Source: an uncultured Candidatus Saccharibacteria bacterium (GTDB lineage: Bacteria; Patescibacteriota; Minisyncoccia; Phycocordibacterales; UBA5272). From it: 64,000 bases of DNA. Below the pieces are notes generated by a model that was given only the letters and a program-made list of their open reading frames with translations, was not told the origin of the DNA and made no database searches. The translations under genes and the position numbers were made by a program. Positions 56,640 through 64,000 of the stretch are shown piece after piece. Position 1 is the first letter of the stretch. Every line of letters begins with the position of its first letter. The stretch is taken from positions 3,330-67,329 of the forward strand of contig CAZNZQ010000003.1 of the NCBI GenBank assembly GCA_964577675.1. Reading direction: 5' to 3'.

Positions 56640-57148
56640 AAAAAACAAACAACAAAGGATTTACTCTCATAGAGATGATACTGTATGTAGCTATTTGCTC
56701 GGTGCTACTATTTTCTTTATCTGCTATGTTTTCGTACCTTCTCTCATCTCGAGTGAAGAGTCAAGCAATAACAGAGGTAAATCAGCAAGGATTCTTCGCT
56801 ATGCACCTTATTACTTCAACGATTAGAAATGCAAAGAGTATAGATATTCCAACTATGAGCAATAGCAGTAGCTCGTTATCAGTGACAGCTCAATCTCCAC
56901 TTGTTAGTCCTACGGTATTTACTACTAGTAGCTCAACATTATTTATTCGTGAGGCGAGCGGTGCAAATGTGCCTCTTACTAGTTCACGCATTTCTGTAAG
57001 TTCTCTGTTGTTCGAGAATGTCTCATCAGCAAGTTCCACGGATAGAATTATTCGTATCAGGTATACACTTTCGTATCGATCTGGTAGTCCGCGTCAGGAA
57101 TACGCTTACTCAAAAACTTTTACAGGCAGTGCTACACTAAGACAATAA
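56624..57148 (+). CDS. Prepilin-type pseudopilin/minor pilin
   Basis: NNKGFTLIEMILYVAICSVLL. Confidence 0.75.
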   Translation: MVAPIKKTNNKGFTLIEMILYVAICSVLLFSLSAMFSYLLSSRVKSQAITEVNQQGFFAMHLITSTIRNAKSIDIPTMSNSSSSLSVTAQSPLVSPTVFTTSSSTLFIREASGANVPLTSSRISVSSLLFENVSSASSTDRIIRIRYTLSYRSGSPRQEYAYSKTFTGSATLRQ

Positions 57149-57154
57149 ATAAAG

Positions 57155-57559
57155 ATGAAGAGTTTTATTACTAAACACAATAAGGGGTATATAGCACTGA
57201 TCTCTGTTATCTTGATGGGCGCTCTCGGAGCTGCGGTTATGGTTTCAGTCATTGCGCAAGGTGTAACAAGTGGTAAAACAGAGCTCAGTCTTCAGCGGGC
57301 AGGGCAAGCTAGAGTCTTGGCAACTTCGTGTGTTGAGGAGGCTCTTCAGATAATTCTTGAGACTGCAACAACCTCGAGAACAGCCTCTCTTATACTTGGG
57401 GATGGAAGCTGTGCATATGTTATAACCAAGCCTGCTTCCTCAGTAATCATTAACTCTACGGGGAATTACGGCACCTTAGTAAAGCGTGTTCAGGTAGTAC
57501 TCTCGACAAGCTCCCCATCCATTGTGTTATCCTCATGGCAAGATGTTTCTGACTTTTAA
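57155..57559 (+). CDS. Pilin-like protein (PilX-like N-terminus)
   Basis: HNKGYIALISVILMGALGAAVMV hydrophobic N-terminus after a short leader. Confidence 0.5.
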   Translation: MKSFITKHNKGYIALISVILMGALGAAVMVSVIAQGVTSGKTELSLQRAGQARVLATSCVEEALQIILETATTSRTASLILGDGSCAYVITKPASSVIINSTGNYGTLVKRVQVVLSTSSPSIVLSSWQDVSDF

Positions 57560-57691
57560 TTAAAAAAAGTCTGATATACTCTTTAGTATAGGTTTCTAAA
57601 GGATTTTCCTGTAATTTTTAAGTAGCTTAAAAATCCTGACTATTATTAATAAAAATAAAAAGAGTACTATTCTAAGTATTCATTCATACAT

Positions 57692-58141
57692 ATGAAAACA
57701 CTACTTCGTAGTCAGAAAGGGTTTACACTCATTGAAATCCTTCTCGTGGTTGCAGCTATTGCGATCCTAGCTGGTATTGTAATCGTTGCTATCAACCCTG
57801 CTAAGCAGCTCGGGGATACTCGTAATGCAGAGCGTAAGTCTGCTGTTAACACTATCCTTAATGCGGTAACTCAGTATGCGGTAGATAACAACGGTGTGCT
57901 TCCAACTGGTGTTGGAACAACAACTGTTGAAATCTGTGCCACTGGAGCTCCTTCATGTGCAGGTTTTGCTGATCTTACAGTTCTCACCACCAACGGTAGA
58001 TACTTGGTAAGCATCCCTAACGAGCCGCAGAAGGTTAACGCTAACGGAGCAGGATACCAGATCGTTCGTGATGTGAACGGTCGTATTACTGTATCTGCTC
58101 AGTACCCAGAACAGGGGGCTACTATTTCGGTTACACGCTAA
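57692..58141 (+). CDS. Type IV major pilin candidate (PilA-like)
   Basis: SQKGFTLIEILLVVAAIAILAGIV; 149 aa; own promoter region with a long AT-rich leader. Confidence 0.75.
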   Translation: MKTLLRSQKGFTLIEILLVVAAIAILAGIVIVAINPAKQLGDTRNAERKSAVNTILNAVTQYAVDNNGVLPTGVGTTTVEICATGAPSCAGFADLTVLTTNGRYLVSIPNEPQKVNANGAGYQIVRDVNGRITVSAQYPEQGATISVTR

Positions 58142-58147
58142 TGCCGT

Positions 58148-58918
58148 ATGTTCAGCTGGTTTGAGCGCGTTCTTTACCCTTCATCTAGGTCTAGTCAAAG
58201 TGACTTTGCGTCAATTACCTCTCACGAGTTAAGGACGCCACTTTCGATTGTTAAGTGGTATACAGAAATTCTTCTTGATGAAGATATGGGGCCACTTAAT
58301 GAAGATCAGAAAAAGTATTTACGTGTTATCGAATCCAGTAACGAACGAGCGATCGCGCTAGTAACAGCACTACTAAACGTCTCTCGCCTTGAGCTAGACA
58401 CGTTTAGTGTTTCTCCGGAACCTCTTCTCTTCACTTCGGTGCTTGAAGAGGTTCTCAAGAAGCAAGAAACGAGAATTTTAGAAAAAAAGGTAACCCTTTC
58501 CAAAGAAGTCTCAGGTGATGCATATACTATTCCTTTAGATAAAGGGATAGTGACGCTTATCATACGAAGTATTTTAGAAAACGCAGTTTCCTTTTCAAAA
58601 GAAGGAGGTAAGATAGACATATCTGTTTCTTTTAGTCCATCTTTGCTTACGTATACCGTCAAAGATAATGGTATCGGCATTAAGGCAACTGAGCAGGAAA
58701 AAGTTTTTACTAAGATGTTCAGAGGAAGTAACGTTCAAGATGAGGTGAAAGGGTCTGGGCTTAGCTTATACACAGCTAAGACACTTCTATCTAAAGTTGG
58801 GGGGACCATGTTCTTCAGTTCAAAAGAAGGAGAAGGGTCAACGTTCACTGCTAATTTACCAGCAACTGGTATGAGAAAAAGACGAGGATCGACCAAGTTA
58901 GAAGCGGGACTCTCTTAA
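58148..58918 (+). CDS. Cytoplasmic histidine kinase (HisKA + HATPase_c, no sensor/TM)
   Basis: H-box ITSHELRTPLSIV; N/G boxes (DNGIGI, GSGLSL); 256 aa. Confidence 0.75.
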   Translation: MFSWFERVLYPSSRSSQSDFASITSHELRTPLSIVKWYTEILLDEDMGPLNEDQKKYLRVIESSNERAIALVTALLNVSRLELDTFSVSPEPLLFTSVLEEVLKKQETRILEKKVTLSKEVSGDAYTIPLDKGIVTLIIRSILENAVSFSKEGGKIDISVSFSPSLLTYTVKDNGIGIKATEQEKVFTKMFRGSNVQDEVKGSGLSLYTAKTLLSKVGGTMFFSSKEGEGSTFTANLPATGMRKRRGSTKLEAGLS

Positions 58919-58921
58919 AAA

Positions 58922-60436
58922 TTAAACTCCCTTTATTATCTGTATATCAGCACCGATGCTATTCAAGCGTTCTGCGATATCAGCGTAGCCTCGCTTAATA
59001 GAGTAGACGTTTCGCAAAAGAGATTCTCCTTCTGCTGCCAGCATGGCAATAAGAATAATCGCTGCTGGGCGAAGAGCTGGAGGTGAGACGATCTGAGTGC
59101 CGCGAAGCGTTTTAACCCCAGTGACGAGGGCTCTATGTGGATCAAGTAGCTTAATATCTGCACCCAACCTATTAAGCTCAGTGAAGTAAATAGCTCGGTT
59201 TTCCCATGTCCAGTCGTGGATGAGTGTTTGTCCTTCCGCAAAACATGTTATCGGCACGAAAAAAGGAAGGTTGTCATTGTTAATTCCTGGGAATGGCTGT
59301 GTATGAATTTTGTCGTGCGGAGCAGTGAGTGAAGAAGGGGAGATGGTGATATCTACAAGCCTGGTCCTCTCATTCTTAGCGTAATATTCTTTGCTTTTTT
59401 TAAACCGGAGCCCTATGCGCTTTAGCTTCTCAAGTTCTAGTGTCAAAAACTCTATAGGGCAACGCTTGATGCTGAGGGTGGATTTTGTAACCACGCCTGC
59501 CGCAATAAAGAACATGCTCTCAATAGGGTCTTCTGAGTTATAGTGCTCAATATTAGTGGCGATATCGGCTACACCGTGTACGGTGAGAGTAGTTGTTCCG
59601 ATACCCTCTATTTTCACTCCCATTTTTTCTAGCAAAAAACATACGTCCTGGACCTGGTAGTTAGGTGGGGCGAATTGAATTATTGTTTTACCTGGAATTT
59701 TGGCAGCAGCAATGAGAGCGGTAATTGCCCCTGTGTCAGAAGACTCATAGAGGGGGATAGTTCCAGGGTGTAGTTTTTTGTGTGAGATGACATAGTGATC
59801 ACTCTTTGTTTCAATTGATACACCTAGGTATTCAAGTGCATACTTGTGAGATGCGACAGTTCTTTCTCCCATCTTACAGCCGCCAGAGTGTGGCAGATGA
59901 AATGTTTCTGCATAGTGTATGAAAGCCCCTGCGAACGTAAATGAGCGGATTCTCTCAGCAACGCCTTTATTCATCTTAGAAAGTAAAAATTTCTTCGGTG
60001 GGGTGATTTCGAGCGCAGTATCACTGTGCGCCCATTTGATAGTAACACCCACACTCTCTAGTAACTCTTTATACCTATGTACTTCTTCGATGTGGGGGAT
60101 ATCTCGTAGGGTTGTGGTGCCACGGTTAACGAGAGCTGCTACCATCATGTTGACCGCACCATTTTTGGACGGGTTAGTTACAATCTCTCCGTGCAGTTTT
60201 TTACCCCCTTTTACCTTAAAGTCTATAGTGTCTTGGATGGAGACAATATTATGGTTGAGGACCCCGCTCATTTTCATGAGTTGATCAATGGTGACGTTTT
60301 GATTCCCAGACTCAATACGAGCGACAGCAGACTGTGATGTTTTGAGACGTTTAGCGAATTCACCCTGAGTAATCCCTTTTTCTTCTCGAAGTTTTTTAAT
60401 AAAAAGCCCTATTTTTTCTTGATCAGATGATGGCAT
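58922..60436 (-). CDS. murA: HTH_XRE DNA-binding domain fused to UDP-N-acetylglucosamine 1-carboxyvinyltransferase (MurA)
   Basis: N-terminal ~70 aa Cro/C1 HTH (KGITQGEFAKRLKTSQSAVARIESG). The remainder aligns with E. coli MurA: EIVTNPSKNGAVNMMVAALV vs [20 protein letters not shown]; catalytic-Cys loop LPHSGGCKMGERTV vs LPGGCTIGARPV; C-terminal RGYADIAERLNSIGADI vs RGYERIEDKLRALGANI. Confidence 0.8.
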   Translation of the reverse strand: MPSSDQEKIGLFIKKLREEKGITQGEFAKRLKTSQSAVARIESGNQNVTIDQLMKMSGVLNHNIVSIQDTIDFKVKGGKKLHGEIVTNPSKNGAVNMMVAALVNRGTTTLRDIPHIEEVHRYKELLESVGVTIKWAHSDTALEITPPKKFLLSKMNKGVAERIRSFTFAGAFIHYAETFHLPHSGGCKMGERTVASHKYALEYLGVSIETKSDHYVISHKKLHPGTIPLYESSDTGAITALIAAAKIPGKTIIQFAPPNYQVQDVCFLLEKMGVKIEGIGTTTLTVHGVADIATNIEHYNSEDPIESMFFIAAGVVTKSTLSIKRCPIEFLTLELEKLKRIGLRFKKSKEYYAKNERTRLVDITISPSSLTAPHDKIHTQPFPGINNDNLPFFVPITCFAEGQTLIHDWTWENRAIYFTELNRLGADIKLLDPHRALVTGVKTLRGTQIVSPPALRPAAIILIAMLAAEGESLLRNVYSIKRGYADIAERLNSIGADIQIIKGV

Positions 60437-60500
60437 ATGAATGGCAGTATATCATATATGATATATTCTTTGACAAGAGATAAGTCGTAGCTCATATTAT

Positions 60501-61148
60501 TTATTTTTTGATAACCAAGAATATGATCCAAGAAGCAAGGACGAAAAGAAAAACAGTCCCAAGATAAGAGATGATAGTCATGCCTAAGAAGTATGTAACC
60601 ATCCCCCAAAATGATGACCAGAGCACTGTGGCAATAGTGGAGTAGAGCAGGAAGTGTGAAAAGGGTGTACGCAGTATTCCTGCACTAGTAGCGACCAGGG
60701 TGCCAAGGTTAGGCTGCCAGTAGGAAAAGAAAATACTTTTGCACAGATGTTTTTCTACCCCAGGTTTCACTTCTTCTAAAGCTCCCTTTAGTCCAAAACG
60801 AGTAAAAAGTCTGTACCATCCGAATCTTCCCAAGAAGTAGTTGATGGTATACGCTAACAAGAATCCAAGAATCGTAGCTCCTACAGAATATACAGCAAGC
60901 AATGCATTGTTAGCGGAAAGGATAACACCCAAAAAAACAACAAGCCCGCCAGGAAGATACCATCCTACAACTAGTAACCCTTCGATCAGCGCCGCAAGGA
61001 AAACCGTAATGACGCCATACTCTAGGTAATATGTTCTTATTGTTTCGATTAACTTTTGCTCTTCAAATGTCGGGAATAGTTGCCTTAGCAATAAAAGGAA
61101 GCAGAAGACTCCAAGAATGATAAGTGGGAGCTGTATCCTTTTAAGCAT
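60501..61148 (-). CDS. DedA/TVP38-family membrane protein
   Basis: Multi-TM; GWYLPGG and LVATSAGILRTPF motifs resembling DedA. Confidence 0.5.
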   Translation of the reverse strand: MLKRIQLPLIILGVFCFLLLLRQLFPTFEEQKLIETIRTYYLEYGVITVFLAALIEGLLVVGWYLPGGLVVFLGVILSANNALLAVYSVGATILGFLLAYTINYFLGRFGWYRLFTRFGLKGALEEVKPGVEKHLCKSIFFSYWQPNLGTLVATSAGILRTPFSHFLLYSTIATVLWSSFWGMVTYFLGMTIISYLGTVFLFVLASWIIFLVIKK

Positions 61149-61159
61149 ACTGTGTATAG

Positions 61160-62500
61160 TTATCTCACCATGCTTTCGATGACGAATAGTGAGATGACGG
61201 CCATGACAAAGGTTGTAATACCGACTAAGATATTACTCATCCTTCCATTTACTTTGTCTCCCATCACTCGTCTGTTATTAGCTATAAAGAGAATAATAAA
61301 AAGAATAGGGGCAGCCAGGAGTCCATTAGCAGCAGCTGAGTAGTAGAGCATATGTATAGGATCTATATCTATGAAATTAAGGATGACTCCTACAAGCATT
61401 GAGATAATAAGGACGGCATAGAACCCAGTTGCCTGCATGAATGTTTTACCAAGACCTACCTTCATATCAAAAGTTTCACCAATAGCATAAGCAAAAGACC
61501 CGGCAAGTATAGGGACCGCAAGAAGGCCTGTACCAATAATTCCATAAGCAAAGAGGTGTACTGCGTAGTCTCCAGCAAAAGGGCGGAGTGCCTCAGCCAG
61601 CTGAGCCGCTGTAGCTATTTCTCCTGTGTTAGTAGCATGGAGTGTTCCGGCTGCGGTTATCATGATAAAGAAGGCAACCAGGTTAGAAAGTGTCATTCCG
61701 ATCACTGTGTCTACTTTCATTTGCTCAATATCTTGTTTTGTTACTTTTGGTCGCCCTTTTCCAAAACCTAGAAGTCTCCCTTTTTCTATTTCTTCTTCTA
61801 CTTCCTCGTCAGCTTGCCAGAAGAAAAGGTAAGGGGAGATGGTGGTCCCCAAGAATGCCATCATGTTAAAAAGAAACTGCTCGTTCCAGATAATTTGAGG
61901 GATGAGGAGTGATTTAAATATGAGTAGCCAGTCATAGTTGATGAAAAATGCAGTGATGACATAAGCAAAAACAGTGAGTGCGAGATACTTGAGAATGCGG
62001 GCGTAGAGTGGGTAAGGGATGAGAATAGCTGTAATGAGGCTAAACGCGGTAATACAAATGAGTGCTACACCTGTTGAGACTGGTAGTATCATGTGTGCAG
62101 CCTGCCCCATTGCCCCAAGGTCCGCACCTATATTAATGATATTGGCTACACCGAGAAGAAGGACAGCGATAAAAAGAACTGGTTTAGAGTAATGAGACTT
62201 GATGATGCCGGCGAGACCTCTTCCTGTCGTCATTCCTATACGAGCGCACATTTCTTGTACTGCGATCATGAAAGGCAAGGTATATAGTGCTAACCATAGT
62301 TGTGTAAGGCCGAATATGGCACCAGTTTGGCCGTATGTTGCGATACCGGAAGGATCGTCATCTGCAACGCCCGTTATAACGCCTGGTCCGATAGACTTTT
62401 TGAGACGGTTCCAGGTGAATTTCATGACGTTAGTATAGTACAGCTTTTGGCTGTTGACCATCAGCTTTTGGCGGTATACTTTTGTCATGGCAAAAACCAC
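61160..62500 (-). CDS. mntH: Nramp-family divalent metal (Mn2+/Fe2+) transporter
   Basis: GPGVITGVADDDPSGIATYGQTGA Nramp signature; 11-12 TM. Start may be an internal Met (~62461), which would avoid overlap with the divergent tfoX-like gene. Confidence 0.8.
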   Translation of the reverse strand: MVFAMTKVYRQKLMVNSQKLYYTNVMKFTWNRLKKSIGPGVITGVADDDPSGIATYGQTGAIFGLTQLWLALYTLPFMIAVQEMCARIGMTTGRGLAGIIKSHYSKPVLFIAVLLLGVANIINIGADLGAMGQAAHMILPVSTGVALICITAFSLITAILIPYPLYARILKYLALTVFAYVITAFFINYDWLLIFKSLLIPQIIWNEQFLFNMMAFLGTTISPYLFFWQADEEVEEEIEKGRLLGFGKGRPKVTKQDIEQMKVDTVIGMTLSNLVAFFIMITAAGTLHATNTGEIATAAQLAEALRPFAGDYAVHLFAYGIIGTGLLAVPILAGSFAYAIGETFDMKVGLGKTFMQATGFYAVLIISMLVGVILNFIDIDPIHMLYYSAAANGLLAAPILFIILFIANNRRVMGDKVNGRMSNILVGITTFVMAVISLFVIESMVR

Positions 62501-62813
62501 CCCGTTTCTTGAGTACGTGCTTTACGACCTCTTCGGTGAGAATGAACCAATCACTTGGCGAGCCATGATGGGTGCACGGTTGCTTTATTACGAAGGTAAA
62601 CCATTCGCAATAGTTGAACAAGATGAACTGTACTTTAAGGGCTCAAAAGAAACGAAGGATTGGTATCTAGAAAGAGGAGGGAGGCAATTTACGTATAAAA
62701 AGAAAGGGGAGGATGCGTGCCTTTACTACTTTTTCGTACCGGAAGATGTGTGTGAGGACAGAGACGTTTTTGCTGAATGGAAAGAAAAAGTATTAGATAT
62801 CGCAGGTGTCTAA
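62487..62813 (+). CDS. TfoX N-terminal domain protein (competence-regulator-like, N-domain only)
   Basis: WRAMMGARLLYYEGKPFAIVEQDELYFKGSKE...YYFFVPEDVCEDRDVFAEW fits the TfoX_N pattern; start at the internal Met of ORF 62454..62813. Confidence 0.5.
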   Translation: MAKTTPFLEYVLYDLFGENEPITWRAMMGARLLYYEGKPFAIVEQDELYFKGSKETKDWYLERGGRQFTYKKKGEDACLYYFFVPEDVCEDRDVFAEWKEKVLDIAGV

Positions 62814-62817
62814 GTTT

Positions 62818-64000
62818 TTAAACTTGGTGGGCAATGAGGTTTTTGTAGACCTCATTACTTTTCACAAGCTCTTCGTGAGTTCCTTCTCCAACAACCTTTC
62901 CTTTATCCATGACAATGATTTTATCCGCGTCACGTACAGTTGATAGTCGATGAGCAATGATGATAGTAGTTTTACCTTTTGAAACGTCGTTGATGGCTTC
63001 CATTACCTTCGCTTCGTTCTCGGTATCTAGTGAGGATGTTGCTTCATCGAAGATAAGGATTTCTGGGTCCTTGATAATAGCTCTCGCAATGCCGACACGT
63101 TGGCGTTCTCCGCCTGATAGTTTAATGCCGCGCTCTCCGACAATGGTATCGAATCTCTCCTCGCCAAGTCGGTTATAGAACTCTGTGATTCTTGAGTGCA
63201 TAGCAACTTCTTCTAACCTGGTCTCCGCAGACTTTCTTTCGTGCTCAGGAACGCCAAGTAGGATATTTTCTTTTATTGTGTCGTCTAGAAGATCAACATG
63301 TTGCTCAACATATCCGATATGCTCACGTAGGTATCTTGCGTCTATGTCCTTAAGTTCTTTTCCTCCGACTAAGATGGATCCTTCACTGTAGTCGTATGCT
63401 CGCAAAAGAAGCTTAACGATTGTCGATTTTCCAGATCCAGACGAGCCAACAAACGCAGTCTTTTTATTCGATTGTATGCTACACGACACATCTTGTAAAA
63501 CCAGCGATTTACTTTGTGGGTAAGAAAAGGAAAGGCCTTTAACAACGATGTCTTCGTTCAAAGACAGATTTTTTATGCCATCCTCACTGAAACTAGGTTC
63601 TTTTTCTATTGCCTCTAAATACTTTTCGGCCTCTAGGTACCAGACAGGCAGGTCCCTCGCTAATGACGAGAAGTTATTGATATTGAAATAAAGCCGCGAG
63701 GTTAAACTAAACACTAAGTAGAGTATGCCAACGGCAAAGTTTCCTTGTAAGTAGAGAATCGCTGCTATGCCCAGTGAAATAAGCTCCGCTGCATCTTGTA
63801 TGTTCGAGCGCTTAAAGACGTGAGAGACACTCAACATTCTTGTTGTGAGGTGATGTTCGACTGCGGCTTCTCTTTTTTCTAAATACTTTTTAATAAAGTA
63901 GTTTTCTCTCCCGAAGAACTTTGCAAGAGTGAGGTGCGTAAAAGATTCAGTCCTCCTCTTGTTTTGTTCCACCCAGTTGTCTCTATTTTGTAGTACGTAC
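62818..64000 (-). CDS. ABC transporter permease/ATPase fusion (exporter type), truncated by window end
   Basis: Walker A GSSGSGKST, signature LSGGERQRVGIARA, Walker B ILIFDEATSSLD, H-loop IIIAHRLS. The upstream part has the last TM helices, and the ORF runs to the window edge. Confidence 0.8.
   Translation of the reverse strand, partial: YVLQNRDNWVEQNKRRTESFTHLTLAKFFGRENYFIKKYLEKREAAVEHHLTTRMLSVSHVFKRSNIQDAAELISLGIAAILYLQGNFAVGILYLVFSLTSRLYFNINNFSSLARDLPVWYLEAEKYLEAIEKEPSFSEDGIKNLSLNEDIVVKGLSFSYPQSKSLVLQDVSCSIQSNKKTAFVGSSGSGKSTIVKLLLRAYDYSEGSILVGGKELKDIDARYLREHIGYVEQHVDLLDDTIKENILLGVPEHERKSAETRLEEVAMHSRITEFYNRLGEERFDTIVGERGIKLSGGERQRVGIARAIIKDPEILIFDEATSSLDTENEAKVMEAINDVSKGKTTIIIAHRLSTVRDADKIIVMDKGKVVGEGTHEELVKSNEVYKNLIAHQV

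Overview
A ~38-45% GC bacterial window with compact genes, many TM-less or hypothetical proteins, abundant pseudopilins and Gram-positive-like surface-glycan genes. This is consistent with a Patescibacteria/CPR-like or other low-GC bacterium, but that is inference. Layout: (i) 0.4-6.7 kb housekeeping genes (murI, rsmI), a GHL-type TIM-barrel protein, a cytoplasmic FtsK/HerA-superfamily ATPase and a secreted lamin-tail-domain protein. (ii) 6.7-27.1 kb, a large cell-surface glycan locus: rmlB, an rmlD-like reductase, an rmlA-glycosyltransferase fusion, two further epimerases, a CapD/PseB-like dehydratase, about seven glycosyltransferases, four SAM methyltransferases, an acetyltransferase, a Wzx flippase and an O-antigen-ligase-like protein. 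(iii) tsaD and rlmH. (iv) 29.5-49.5 kb, a lower-GC (~33-37% by eye) accessory island bounded on the right by tRNA-Glu and tRNA-Val. It carries a SIR2-like protein and a tightly packed minus-strand operon: LexA-type repressor, cGAS/DncV-like (SMODS/CD-NTase-like) nucleotidyltransferase, 157-aa unknown protein, 2TM membrane protein and a multi-zinc-ribbon protein. I read this operon as a candidate CBASS-like anti-phage system wired to an SOS-type repressor. The island also carries a degenerate phage module (ParB-DNA methyltransferase, terS-like, terL), a large serine recombinase, a membrane-anchored SNase nuclease, a non-canonical Hsp70 triad (membrane-anchored GrpE-like, 837-aa Hsp70-like, HPD-less J-like protein) followed by an AAA+ ATPase, and a DUF2726 nuclease-like protein. 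(v) 50-58.9 kb, a type IV pilus locus: CheY-like receiver, pilB, pilC, five prepilin-type proteins including a 767-aa giant pilin, and a cytoplasmic histidine kinase. (vi) An HTH_XRE-MurA fusion, DedA, Nramp/MntH, a TfoX N-domain protein and a truncated ABC exporter. No rRNA and no CRISPR array were found. All calls are from reading motifs in the supplied translations; no database search was possible.
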